A stretch of 64,000 nt of DNA from Candidatus Moraniibacteriota bacterium (GTDB taxonomy: Bacteria; Patescibacteriota; Minisyncoccia; Moranbacterales; UBA9337): positions 2,571-66,570 of the forward strand of contig JAQVJM010000003.1 of assembly GCA_028695135.1 (NCBI GenBank), given 5' to 3'. The translations under genes and the position numbers were made by a program. Below, piece by piece: positions 42,607-51,485 of this stretch (positions are counted from its first letter, which is position 1; each line of letters begins with the position of its first letter). The notes below the pieces were generated by a model, which saw only the letters and a program-made list of their open reading frames with translations, made no database searches and was not told the origin of the DNA.

Positions 42607-42634
42607 TTTTACCATATTACGTAATATGGTAAAA
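42607..42634. promoter_or_regulatory. Perfect 28-bp AT-rich palindrome TTTTACCATATTACGTAATATGGTAAAA immediately after NUDIX stop
   Basis: Read directly; perfect dyad symmetry. Confidence 0.5.
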
Positions 42635-42678
42635 GAGATAAATAAGAAAGGCAAGAGAGATATTTTTATGTTTATTTG

Positions 42679-42708
42679 GAGGCTTCTGCAGAAGCCTCTA
42701 TTTTTATT
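42679..42708 (+). terminator. Rho-independent terminator (GAGGCTTC-tgca-GAAGCCTC + TATTTTTATT)
   Basis: Perfect 8-bp GC-rich stem, tetraloop, T-run. Confidence 0.6.
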
Positions 42709-42809
42709 AGGATTCATTTATCGGTGCTTTTTCTATCTTTTTATCAAGTCCCCGTTATATTTTTTTAATCAAGCGTCGCAGCTATTTCTTTAAATTAGCC
42801 ACGCTTTTT

Positions 42810-42838
42810 TTGACAAAGTTATCCATTTATGCTATAAA
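42810..42838 (+). promoter_or_regulatory. Sigma70-type promoter TTGACA-17nt-TATAAA upstream of 42883 ORF
   Basis: ttgaca 42810-42815, tataaa 42833-42838. Confidence 0.45.
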
Positions 42839-42882
42839 CCAAGGAAACTCTTGAAAGCATTTTTGGTTTTTTTAAAATTTTT

Positions 42883-43377
42883 TTGGAGGAAAATAAGATG
42901 GCTTCGAAATCTGATCTGGGTGAATATATAACCCAAGAGGGAGTGAAAATCCCCTTAAGGGAATACATAAAAAAGATGGAAAGCATTATGGCGGCCAGCA
43001 GGGTGTCTTCCCAGGGCTTGCGCTTGGTCAAGGCAAAAAACCGCCAGCGCATCCCCGTAAGACATAAGGTTAGAACAGGCAGGGTGCGGGTTCTATCCAG
43101 GGAAGAGATTATTTTGGAAGAGATTTTGCGCTTTTCCATAAACAAGCCGATGATTATCATCGGCTTCGTGATGATTCTAATGGAACTGGATTATTATTTC
43201 GATGAAATAAATCCGGTAGATCTTTCCGATCTGCTCCAAGAAATGGGATTTGAAAAAATCTCATTGACGGACGCGAAGAGAGTCCTGGAAAAAATATGCA
43301 GGAGCGATCTCCTGGAACATCTTATTGCCAAAAGTAAACTGAGCCTTATCGGAGCGTACAAGCTCTATTTAGGCTAA
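42883..43377 (+). CDS. Hypothetical protein (locally GC-rich coding segment)
   Basis: 164 aa, has promoter and terminator; no recognisable motif; a 113-aa antisense ORF overlaps. Confidence 0.4.
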   Translation: MEENKMASKSDLGEYITQEGVKIPLREYIKKMESIMAASRVSSQGLRLVKAKNRQRIPVRHKVRTGRVRVLSREEIILEEILRFSINKPMIIIGFVMILMELDYYFDEINPVDLSDLLQEMGFEKISLTDAKRVLEKICRSDLLEHLIAKSKLSLIGAYKLYLG

Positions 43378-43393
43378 GGGGCGCATTTTTCAG

Positions 43394-43428
43394 GCGGGTA
43401 TCGGAATTTCCGATCCCCGCTTTTTATT
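43394..43428 (+). terminator. Rho-independent terminator (GCGGGTATCGGA-attt-TCCGATCCCCGC + TTTTTATT)
   Basis: 12-bp stem with one mismatch followed by T-run. Confidence 0.55.
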
Positions 43429-43523
43429 CGGATATATCTTTCTAAGAAAGGATAGAGCGGTATGTTCAAGGGTATGTTCAAGTGTGGTAGAATAATATTG
43501 TGAACAATTAGAATAATGAAATA

Positions 43524-43547
43524 CATCAATATACTAATATATTGATG
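43524..43547. promoter_or_regulatory. Palindrome CATCAATATA-ctaa-TATATTGATG upstream of AbrB-like micro-ORF (candidate operator)
   Basis: Perfect 10-bp inverted repeat with 4-nt spacer, 21 nt before ATG 43569. Confidence 0.45.
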
Positions 43548-43568
43548 TGGAATAAAAATAAAAAAAAT

Positions 43569-43712
43569 ATGGAAGACAAAAATATCAGAAAATTGGTCAA
43601 GAATGGCAGGGATAGTTATTATGTCTGCGTTCCCAAAGAGATTGTGAAAAAATACGGATGGAAGGAGAAGCAAAAAATGACTATTAAGGATAAGGGAAGA
43701 GGAAAAATTTAA
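43569..43712 (+). CDS. Small (47 aa) AbrB/MazE/SpoVT-like swapped-hairpin DNA-binding protein
   Basis: MEDKNIRKLVKNGRDSYYVCVPKEIVKKYGWKEKQKMTIKDKGRGKI: pattern R-K-L-x-K-x-G-x-S-x-x-V-x-V-P-K-E-I matches AbrB-N/SpoVT fold; below ORF-track cutoff. Confidence 0.5.
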   Translation: MEDKNIRKLVKNGRDSYYVCVPKEIVKKYGWKEKQKMTIKDKGRGKI

Positions 43713-43757
43713 ATTTCTGATTGGAGGAATAATTGAAAATATGATACTATTTATTAT

Positions 43758-44189
43758 ATGGCAGATAAAATTATAATGTACACAGACGGAGGTTCTCGCG
43801 GAAATCCCGGGCCGGCCGGAATCGGTGTTTGGATCGAGACGCTTGATAAGAAATACGGAGAGTGTATCGGGAAAAGGACCAATAATGACGCCGAGTATGA
43901 AGCTTTGATTTTCGGGCTTAAAAAGATCAAGGCGCTTTTGGGAAAGGCAAAAGCCAAGAAGTATGAAGTCGAATGTTTTTTGGATAGCGAGTTGGTCGTG
44001 AAACAGCTTAAGCACGAATACAAACTGAAGGAAGAAAGAATCCAAAAGTATTTTATCGAAATTTGGAATCTGATGCTGGATTTCAAGAAAGTCGAGTTTA
44101 GGCATATTCCGCGAGAGAAAAATATTATTGCCGATGGGCTTGTAAATGAAGCGCTCGATAATGATGGATGTCAAAAGAGTTTATTGTAA
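43758..44189 (+). CDS. rnhA: Ribonuclease HI
   Basis: YTDGGSRGNPGPAGIGV, NNDAEYEALIFGL, C-terminal D (ADGLVNEA) RNase H catalytic pattern. Confidence 0.85.
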   Translation: MADKIIMYTDGGSRGNPGPAGIGVWIETLDKKYGECIGKRTNNDAEYEALIFGLKKIKALLGKAKAKKYEVECFLDSELVVKQLKHEYKLKEERIQKYFIEIWNLMLDFKKVEFRHIPREKNIIADGLVNEALDNDGCQKSLL

Positions 44190-44190
44190 A

Positions 44191-44330
44191 TTCCTCCCCC
44201 TTTGGAAAAGGGGGATAAGAGGGGGATTTGAAAATTTTGCGAATGGGATTAAGTGGAGATTATTGAAAGCTTTTCAAATCCCTCTCCCGCTCTTCGTGAA
44301 GTGCGGGATCTCTCTTTGCTAAAGGGAGAG
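44191..44330 (+). repeat. Copy B of the ~150-nt multi-hairpin intergenic element (copy A at 19568-19723)
   Basis: ccccctttggaaaaggggg hairpin; gagggggatttgaaaa / ttttcaaatccctctc stem with loop containing AAGTGGAGATTATTGA; cccgc...gcggg; ctctcttt...aaagggagag. Confidence 0.6.
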
Positions 44331-44351
44331 TAAAAAATAAACAAATATACT

Positions 44352-45356
44352 ATGAAGAAATTTATAATCTGGGCAATCATAATAATTCTTATCGGTGGTG
44401 CAATCTTTTACTTTACTAGGTCGAAAGATGATAGTGGCAGGTATGTTACAGCAAGAGCGGCTAAGGCAGATATTATACAGACAGTTTCTGTAACTGGGGA
44501 AATAGTTCCCATAAATGAAGCGAATGTCAGTTTTGAAGTAAGCGGAACGATAAAGGACGTTTATGCGGAGGTGGGAGATTATATCAAAGCTGGAGACAAA
44601 ATCGCTGTTCTCGATGATTCGGTTATACAGTCCCAGTTGAGGGAAGCTTATTTGGAATTAGAAAGGCAAGAGGACATATTAAAACAATCCAGGAGGCAGC
44701 TGTGGGATGATATGAGTCCTGATGAAAAGTCTGCGGCCAAACTGGTTGTGGAAAAAGCCAGAGCGTCTGTTTGGACGCTTCAAAAACAAGCGAAAAAAAA
44801 TGTCTTGTATGCTCCGATTGACGGAATTATCGTCAAAAAATACCTAAAAAAAGGGGAATTAGCTATGCCCTCCTCCCCGGTGGTTATGATTATGGGAGAA
44901 GGCGGACTTGAGATTAAGGCCGATATTCCCGAATCGGATATAGTCAAGATCCGCATAGGCCAGAAAGCAAAAACTACGTTTGACGCTTTTTCTTCCGATG
45001 AAATATTTGAAGCCGAAGTTTCTTTCATAGAGCCGGCAGCCACTATTATACAAGACGTTGTTTATTATAATGTTACTTTTAATATTTTGACCGGTGATGA
45101 CAGATTTAAGCCGGGAATGAGCGCCGATATGGATATTGCCACGGCGGAGAAAAATGATGTTCTGGCGGTTCCGGGACAAACGGTGAAAACCGAAGGAGAA
45201 AATAAATATGTGGAAGTGCTTATTATCGGAGAAGATAAGAAGATAGAAGCGAGAAAAATGGACGTAAAAACAGGCCTTCGCGGAGACGACGGAATGATTG
45301 AAATTATTTCGGGAATTGAAGAGGGGGACGAGGTGATAACTTTTGTCAATGAGTAG
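44352..45356 (+). CDS. Efflux periplasmic adaptor (HlyD/MacA-like membrane fusion protein)
   Basis: N-terminal TM, biotinyl-lipoyl-like half motifs, coiled coil, beta-barrel region; operon with ABC ATPase and FtsX permeases. Confidence 0.75.
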   Translation: MKKFIIWAIIIILIGGAIFYFTRSKDDSGRYVTARAAKADIIQTVSVTGEIVPINEANVSFEVSGTIKDVYAEVGDYIKAGDKIAVLDDSVIQSQLREAYLELERQEDILKQSRRQLWDDMSPDEKSAAKLVVEKARASVWTLQKQAKKNVLYAPIDGIIVKKYLKKGELAMPSSPVVMIMGEGGLEIKADIPESDIVKIRIGQKAKTTFDAFSSDEIFEAEVSFIEPAATIIQDVVYYNVTFNILTGDDRFKPGMSADMDIATAEKNDVLAVPGQTVKTEGENKYVEVLIIGEDKKIEARKMDVKTGLRGDDGMIEIISGIEEGDEVITFVNE

Positions 45357-45408
45357 CGCTTAAAAGAGTTTTTTAGGAAATCATTTTGTTCTTTTCTGCT
45401 TAAAAAAT

Positions 45409-46131
45409 ATGTTGATTGAAGCCAAAAATCTTTCTAAAACCTATATGAGTGGCGAAGTGGAAACTCGAGCGGTTTGCGATGTCAGTTTTACGATTGATAA
45501 GAAAGAATTTGTAGCCATAATGGGTCCGAGCGGTTCCGGAAAATCGACCCTGATGCAGATGCTAGGACTTTTGGATCGGCCGACTGGAGGAAAATATTTT
45601 TTGGATGGGAGGGATACAAATGAATTTTCAGACGATGAACTTGCAGAATTGAGAAACAAGAGAATAGGATTTGTATTCCAGACGTTTAATCTGTTACCTC
45701 GCACTACGGTTTATGAAAACGTTGAGTTGCCTCTCCTTTATGATCATGCCGCAAGCAATAAGAGAAACAGGGAAGAAATAATGGAGGCGCTTGAGTCAGT
45801 CGGTATGGAGCATCGGGTGAATTATTTTTCCAATCAGCTTTCCGGCGGGGAGAAACAAAGAGTGGCTATCGCCAGAGCTTTGGTTACCGATCCAGAGATA
45901 ATTTTTGCCGATGAGCCGACTGGAAATCTGGATTCCAAAAGCGGAATTCAAATAATGAAAATTCTTCAAGAACTTAATGAAAAAGGAAAAACCATTATTT
46001 TAGTAACCCATGAAAATTATACCGCCAAGCATGCTAAGCGGATACTGAGCATAATTGACGGGAAAATCGTTTCAGACAAGCCGGTTGAAGGTAGAATGAA
46101 AGCTGGAGATAAAGAATATATGCTGAAATAA
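45409..46131 (+). CDS. ABC transporter ATP-binding protein (MacB/LolD-type)
   Basis: Walker [10 protein letters not shown], signature LSGGEKQR, Walker [13 protein letters not shown]. Confidence 0.9.
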   Translation: MLIEAKNLSKTYMSGEVETRAVCDVSFTIDKKEFVAIMGPSGSGKSTLMQMLGLLDRPTGGKYFLDGRDTNEFSDDELAELRNKRIGFVFQTFNLLPRTTVYENVELPLLYDHAASNKRNREEIMEALESVGMEHRVNYFSNQLSGGEKQRVAIARALVTDPEIIFADEPTGNLDSKSGIQIMKILQELNEKGKTIILVTHENYTAKHAKRILSIIDGKIVSDKPVEGRMKAGDKEYMLK

Positions 46132-46159
46132 TCGATAATTTTTTCAAAAAACAGAAATT

Positions 46160-47410
46160 ATGAAAAGCATAATAAGCCCGATAAAAATTTCATACAAAAA
46201 TTTATTAGCGGCTAAATTCCGCTCTTTTTTGACTATATTTGGAATAATAATAGGGGTGGCGGCGGTAGTCATAATTTTCGCCGTAGGGCGAAGCGCCCAA
46301 GAATTAGTGCTGGATCAGATAAGAGGCATCGGATCAAACTTAATAGGTATCTTGCCTGGAGCGTCCGAGGAAAGCGGTCCGCCGGCTGCGGTTATGGGAA
46401 TAACCGTCACCACCTTAAAATATGAAGATCTGTTAGAAATAAAAAAGGAAAAAAATGTTCCGGAAATAGAAAATGCCGCTGGATATGTTTCAGGAACAGC
46501 GGTTGTAAAATATCAGGAAGAGGAATTGGGAGTTTCATTTACCGGGACGACTGCCAGCTATTTGGATGTCGAAGACACAGGGATAATAGAGGGTAGGTTC
46601 TTTAGCGAAGACGAGGAAACTAATCTTTCCAAAGTGGCTGTTTTGGGGTCTGAAATCTCCAAGGATATTTTTGACGGAGACAATCCGATCGGAAAAAAAA
46701 TAAAGATAAATAATCATAAGTTTACGGTAATTGGGACATTGAAAGAAAGGGAGGCAGCCGCTTTCGGAATTTCCAGCCAAAATGACAGCATTTTTATCCC
46801 TCTTTTTACCGCCCAGAAGCTTATTTTAGGGATAAGCCATTTGGCCTTTATCCGAGCCAAAGTGGATACGGTTGGAAATATTCCTCTAGCAAAAGAAAAT
46901 ATTTCCGCATTATTGAGGAATCAGCACGATATCGACAATCCGAAGGATGATGATTTTTCCATCCGCGATCAAGCTTCGGCGGTTGAGATAGTTGGCAGCG
47001 TTACGGATGCGATCAGATATTTTCTTTTGGCAGTCGGAACGATTTCCTTGATTGTGGGAGGAGTGGGGGTCATGAATGTTATGCTGATTGCCGTAAACCA
47101 AAGGATCCAGGAGGTGGGATTAAGAAAAGCTGTCGGAGCCAAAAATTTTGACGTGATGCTACAATTTTTGATCGAATCGGCCTCTATATCTTTTTTGGGA
47201 GGAGCAATCGGGATAATATTGGGCATATTTATTTCCTTTCTAGTTTATCTGGCGGTAAACGCGCTGGGATACGACTGGCAATTTTTGATTTCAATAGAAT
47301 CGATATTCGTGGCCTCCTCCGTTTCCATCTTGATCGGGGTGATTTTTGGCCTTTATCCTGCCTACAAAGCCTCAAAAATAAGTCCGATGGAGGCTTTGAG
47401 GTATGAATGA
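46160..47410 (+). CDS. ABC transporter permease, FtsX/MacB family
   Basis: N-terminal TM, large extracytoplasmic MacB_PCD-like domain, C-terminal 3-TM FtsX domain. Confidence 0.8.
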   Translation: MKSIISPIKISYKNLLAAKFRSFLTIFGIIIGVAAVVIIFAVGRSAQELVLDQIRGIGSNLIGILPGASEESGPPAAVMGITVTTLKYEDLLEIKKEKNVPEIENAAGYVSGTAVVKYQEEELGVSFTGTTASYLDVEDTGIIEGRFFSEDEETNLSKVAVLGSEISKDIFDGDNPIGKKIKINNHKFTVIGTLKEREAAAFGISSQNDSIFIPLFTAQKLILGISHLAFIRAKVDTVGNIPLAKENISALLRNQHDIDNPKDDDFSIRDQASAVEIVGSVTDAIRYFLLAVGTISLIVGGVGVMNVMLIAVNQRIQEVGLRKAVGAKNFDVMLQFLIESASISFLGGAIGIILGIFISFLVYLAVNALGYDWQFLISIESIFVASSVSILIGVIFGLYPAYKASKISPMEALRYE

Positions 47411-47505
47411 AATAATTATTAACTTTCCACTCAGCGAGGGGAGGATTGGAAATATAAAATAAATTATTTGGAAACTATTATTTAGAATCTAGTTATTAAT
47501 TTCAT

Positions 47506-48786
47506 ATGAGTGAATTTATCATATCAATCAGTTTGGCGCTGAGAACTCTTTCAGGAAATAAGATCCGCACGATTTTCTCGCTCTTGGGAATAGTCATAGG
47601 GGTGACTTCGGTAATTCTGATTTTGTCCTTGGGAAACGGTCTTAAAGATTTCGTCAATTCCCAGGTCGAGGCTTTCGGGACGGATATCATCGAAATTGAG
47701 ATAAAAGTGCCTCAAACATCTCAAATATCTTCGCAAAATATAAGCGGTATGGCGGGAGGAATGCAAATAACTACTCTGAAGATTGAAGATGCCGAAGAAG
47801 TTTCCAACCTGCCCAACCTCGGACCATGGTATGCGGGAATCTTGGGGCAGGAAATTATGGGTTATGAAGGAAAAACCGATCATTTTTACATATTCGGGAT
47901 TACAGCCGGCATGCCTGAAGCGGACAGCGGTTTTGAGATCGTATCGGGAAGATTCTTTTCCGAAAGCGAAGATGAAGGGCTGAGGCAGGTCGTAGTTTTA
48001 GGCTCAAAGGCGGAAGAATATTTTTTCCCGAACGAGGAAGCTCTGGGCAAGGATATAAAAATAGGAAACCAGAAGTATCGGGTTATCGGCGTGGCCAAAC
48101 CGAGAGGCGGGATGGGCGGAGTCTTTGATTATGACGAGATTGTTTATATGCCGGCAAGAACGCTTCAGAAAAAAGTTATGGGGATCGATCATATACAATT
48201 TATCATCTATAAGGTGGAAAATATGGATGTCGTAGACCAGACTATCGCTCAGATGGAAATGGTAATGAGGGACAGACATGGTATTGAGTACAAGAATGAA
48301 GAGGACAAAAAGAAGAAGCTCAAGGATGATTTTGCCATAATTTCAATTGCAGAAGCCAAGGAAATAATAGATAATGTTTTTGTGATAATCAATGTGCTTC
48401 TCGTGGGGCTGGCCTCCATTTCTCTTGTCGTGGGAGGAGTAGGCATAATGAACATAATGTACGTGGCGGTTACCGAAAGGACCAAAGAAATAGGGCTAAG
48501 AAAATCCGTAGGTGCAAAAAATTCCGATATTTTGCTCCAATTTATTTTTGAATCGGTATTCCTCACTTTTATCGGAGGCTTTATGGGAATTTTGATCGGT
48601 TATATCCTTTCTAAAATTATCACCCAATTCGCCCAAAACGCCGGGTTTTTCGTGGAATTTTCCGTTACATGGTATTCCATCCTGATCGGATTCGGTTTTT
48701 CTGCGGCGGTGGGAATAATTTTTGGATATTATCCTGCCCGCAAAGCTTCGCGCTTGAGTCCTATGGAAGCGCTGAGAAAGGAGTAG
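47506..48786 (+). CDS. ABC transporter permease, FtsX/MacB family (second paralog)
   Basis: Same architecture as preceding gene. Confidence 0.8.
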   Translation: MSEFIISISLALRTLSGNKIRTIFSLLGIVIGVTSVILILSLGNGLKDFVNSQVEAFGTDIIEIEIKVPQTSQISSQNISGMAGGMQITTLKIEDAEEVSNLPNLGPWYAGILGQEIMGYEGKTDHFYIFGITAGMPEADSGFEIVSGRFFSESEDEGLRQVVVLGSKAEEYFFPNEEALGKDIKIGNQKYRVIGVAKPRGGMGGVFDYDEIVYMPARTLQKKVMGIDHIQFIIYKVENMDVVDQTIAQMEMVMRDRHGIEYKNEEDKKKKLKDDFAIISIAEAKEIIDNVFVIINVLLVGLASISLVVGGVGIMNIMYVAVTERTKEIGLRKSVGAKNSDILLQFIFESVFLTFIGGFMGILIGYILSKIITQFAQNAGFFVEFSVTWYSILIGFGFSAAVGIIFGYYPARKASRLSPMEALRKE

Positions 48787-49046
48787 AGCGAGGATATCGG
48801 AATATCCAGCCATTTGCGGTGAGATAACCTTCGGATCATAAATCTGGAATTATTTTTAATCATTTTGTTTCAGAGCAGCGGCTATCCTTGCCGCCAAGGG
48901 CACATTGATCCTAATAACTTTATTTTTCCTAAACACAACAAACCGCGCGTATTGTCAATATTGCGGTATTTTAAACAGTTGTTTATACTTAGTTATAACA
49001 ATTTTGATTATTATTTTTCTAAATAACTTCTTAAATAGAAAAAATT

Positions 49047-49376
49047 ATGGAAGAAGAAAAGGAAATAAAAGATGCGGAAATTAGCGAAACAAAAAAAGAA
49101 GAAAGCGAAAAAAAGAATTATCGAACCGAAATAATCCTAATTTTTATAATAGGATTATTGGCTGGTGTCATGATCAAAGCGGAAGCGGTGAAAAGAATAA
49201 GCATAGGATTTGATGATTATAGAACAGTAACGAGGAGCCATGGATATGACATAGAAGCTATTGAAAAACAACTCATTGAGGATGCCAAGAAAGAGAAAGA
49301 GGCTGCAGAACAGGGATCCGCCGGATTGGAAGGTGGCGAGGAAGTAATCATAGAGGAAAGTGAAGTTTTGGAATAA
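49047..49376 (+). CDS. Hypothetical single-TM protein with acidic termini
   Basis: 109 aa; central TM IILIFIIGLLAGVMI. Confidence 0.4.
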   Translation: MEEEKEIKDAEISETKKEESEKKNYRTEIILIFIIGLLAGVMIKAEAVKRISIGFDDYRTVTRSHGYDIEAIEKQLIEDAKKEKEAAEQGSAGLEGGEEVIIEESEVLE

Positions 49377-49425
49377 TGAGGATAAATTATAAAAGGTTTA
49401 TAAGAAAATAAGTAATTTAATAAAG

Positions 49426-50553
49426 TTGTCTTTTTGCGCATTTAACGTGCCAGAAAAATCAGCTCATTTGTTTTTTATGAATGAAGAAAAAAAAGTCGAT
49501 TCCCATGAAAATGAAGGAGGAAAGATCGAGTCCGAAGAAGAAATAAGAAAAAAAAGAGAAAAAAATCTTATCTCCCTGTCAATTCTCCTGGCAGGCCTTT
49601 TGTTGGGGAGCCTTTTTGTGGATCTTTCCCAGCTTGTAAAAGGCGGAGGAATATCTCAAAAAATACTAAATGAAAAAGACGTTTTCCAATTGAATGGAAA
49701 AACCTGGGTAGCCTATTCCGATCCGATCATAGATGTTACCGTGGTAAATGATGAAGATTGCGAAGAGTGCAATATTGACGAAGCTTTGGTGTGGTTCAGA
49801 AAGATTGTTCCTACTATGCTTGCCAATAAGGTGGAATACGACTCCGAAGAAGGAAATGAAATGATCAAGGATTTCGGGATAAAATATCTCCCCATTTTTA
49901 TTTTTAGCAAGGAGATCGAAGATACCGAATTTTATGCGCAAGCCCAGCCGTTATTCACCCAGAAAAACGAAAAGTATGTCCTGGACGCTTCTAAGTTGGG
50001 TCTGCCTTCGGGAAAGTATGTGGAAATTCCTGAAATAGGAGAAAATGACATAAAAATCGGTCCGGATGACGCTAAAGTAAAGCTGATCGAGTTCTCGGAT
50101 TTCCAATGTCCGTATTGCCAGCTTTTTCATAATACGATAGGAGACATTATTGAAGAATATGGAGACAAAGTTCAGTTAGTGTTTAAAAACTTACCTCTCG
50201 ATTCTATCCATCCAAGAGCCAGGGATGCGGCTATGGCGGCAGAGTGTGCCAATGAACAAGGGAAATTCAAGGAATATGCCGATAAGCTTTTCGCCAATCA
50301 AAAAACATGGTCGGAAGGAACCGGAAATGGAGCTTTTACCAATTACGCTTCCCAGCTAAGCTTGAATACATCTCAATTCAACCAGTGCTTGACCGAAAGA
50401 AAATACAAAGACAAGATAGAAAGCGATCTCAAAGAAGCTGATGAATTCGGAATATCCGGCACTCCCGCACTGTTCATCAATGACACTTTCAAAAACGGAG
50501 TGGTCCAGCTTGATGAATTGAAAAAGGTGATAGATGAAAAACTGTCTCAATAA
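49426..50553 (+). CDS. DsbA-like thiol:disulfide oxidoreductase, membrane-anchored
   Basis: N-terminal TM; thioredoxin active site FQCPYCQ in C-terminal DsbA-like domain; start may be ATG at 49477. Confidence 0.7.
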   Translation: MSFCAFNVPEKSAHLFFMNEEKKVDSHENEGGKIESEEEIRKKREKNLISLSILLAGLLLGSLFVDLSQLVKGGGISQKILNEKDVFQLNGKTWVAYSDPIIDVTVVNDEDCEECNIDEALVWFRKIVPTMLANKVEYDSEEGNEMIKDFGIKYLPIFIFSKEIEDTEFYAQAQPLFTQKNEKYVLDASKLGLPSGKYVEIPEIGENDIKIGPDDAKVKLIEFSDFQCPYCQLFHNTIGDIIEEYGDKVQLVFKNLPLDSIHPRARDAAMAAECANEQGKFKEYADKLFANQKTWSEGTGNGAFTNYASQLSLNTSQFNQCLTERKYKDKIESDLKEADEFGISGTPALFINDTFKNGVVQLDELKKVIDEKLSQ

Positions 50554-50574
50554 TTTAAAAATCTGAGCATATCG

Positions 50575-50610
50575 GAGCCCCGGTTATTTTTCCGGGGCTT
50601 TTAAGTTTGA
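50575..50610 (+). terminator. Rho-independent terminator (AGCCCCGG-ttattttt-CCGGGGCT + TTT)
   Basis: 8-bp GC stem after dsbA-like stop. Confidence 0.5.
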
Positions 50611-50809
50611 CAAAAAATTTAATTGGTATAATATTTATGATATGGATAAATCGAAAAACCTACTGATTATAATTAGCTCGATTATTATTGGCCGAAGAGG
50701 TCAGTCGGTTTTTGCGGGTTAAAAAGGTAGAAAATTTCGCAGAAGCAAGCTGATCTCGCGGTCAGTTTTTTTGTTTAGTAATTTTAAAATTAAATAAAAG
50801 GAGAGAAAA

Positions 50810-51115
50810 ATGGTGGAAAAAAGACTGAGGGAAAAATACGGAAAAATTATTGATGAGGGGATGGGAATAGTCGTGATATTTTTTGAGAATCTGGACGATG
50901 ATTCCCCTCACGGGGGGCCTATCAGCATAACAAAGGTCATTGATGATATGAATTTCATCAACGCTTTTTGTAGCGGAGCGCTCTCGATATATAAAAGTAT
51001 AAAGGGTGCTTCAATTTATGTCGTGTTTAAAAATGGCTCTTTGAGAGTAGAAAAGTATACAGGACATCCAATCTTCAGAAATCCAAACTGTTGCGGCGGC
51101 GAAATCGCAATTTAA
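50810..51115 (+). CDS. Hypothetical protein (101 aa) with C-terminal NPNCCGGEIAI; first gene of ATP-grasp cassette
   Basis: AGGAG 8 nt upstream; no recognisable family. Confidence 0.45.
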   Translation: MVEKRLREKYGKIIDEGMGIVVIFFENLDDDSPHGGPISITKVIDDMNFINAFCSGALSIYKSIKGASIYVVFKNGSLRVEKYTGHPIFRNPNCCGGEIAI

Positions 51116-51251
51116 CTTTATTCCAAAACAAGAACAAGGATTGTATCGGTCAACGATTGATGCGATCCTTTTAAATTTGACAAAAACAAAATGTGTGATA
51201 TTTTAAAATTGGAATATTTAGCAAAGATCAATGAGTATTCAAATTTGTAAA

Positions 51252-51383
51252 ATGACATATAAAATAATAAGCGGATGGGCGAATCCTTATGCCGGAATTT
51301 TTAATGTGAAACTCAAGGCCTGTATGGTTTCTGCAAATTGTGATGAATTTTTGGAAAAAAATGAAAAATTCAAAAAAATCTAA
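51252..51383 (+). CDS. Small ORF (43 aa) MTYKIISGWANPYAGIFNVKLKACMVSANCDEFLEKNEKFKKI followed by terminator
   Basis: Found by reading; weak RBS; immediately upstream of terminator 51406-51440 and ABC exporter. Confidence 0.2.
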   Translation: MTYKIISGWANPYAGIFNVKLKACMVSANCDEFLEKNEKFKKI

Positions 51384-51405
51384 GATATTTGCGATAAAAG
51401 CGATT

Positions 51406-51440
51406 TTTTAAAACCATCTCGGCCGGGTCAAAAAGCCGAG
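51406..51440 (+). terminator. Rho-independent terminator (ATCTCGGC-cgggtcaaaaa-GCCGAGAT + TTTTTTTT)
   Basis: Perfect 8-bp stem + 8 T. Confidence 0.6.
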
Positions 51441-51485
51441 ATTTTTTTTGGAATATTTTTTAAAAGTTATTATGTCTCAAGAAAC

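Noticed and set aside
43374-44174. 266-aa minus-strand ORF
   Set aside because: It overlaps the plus-strand RNase HI gene (43758-44189), which carries unmistakable catalytic motifs, and the 42883 gene. No motifs or RBS. Shadow ORF.
50607-50640. TTGACA ... TATAAT candidate promoter before the cassette
   Set aside because: Spacer is only about 14 nt, so probably not functional as read. The TSS for the 50810 gene is unresolved.
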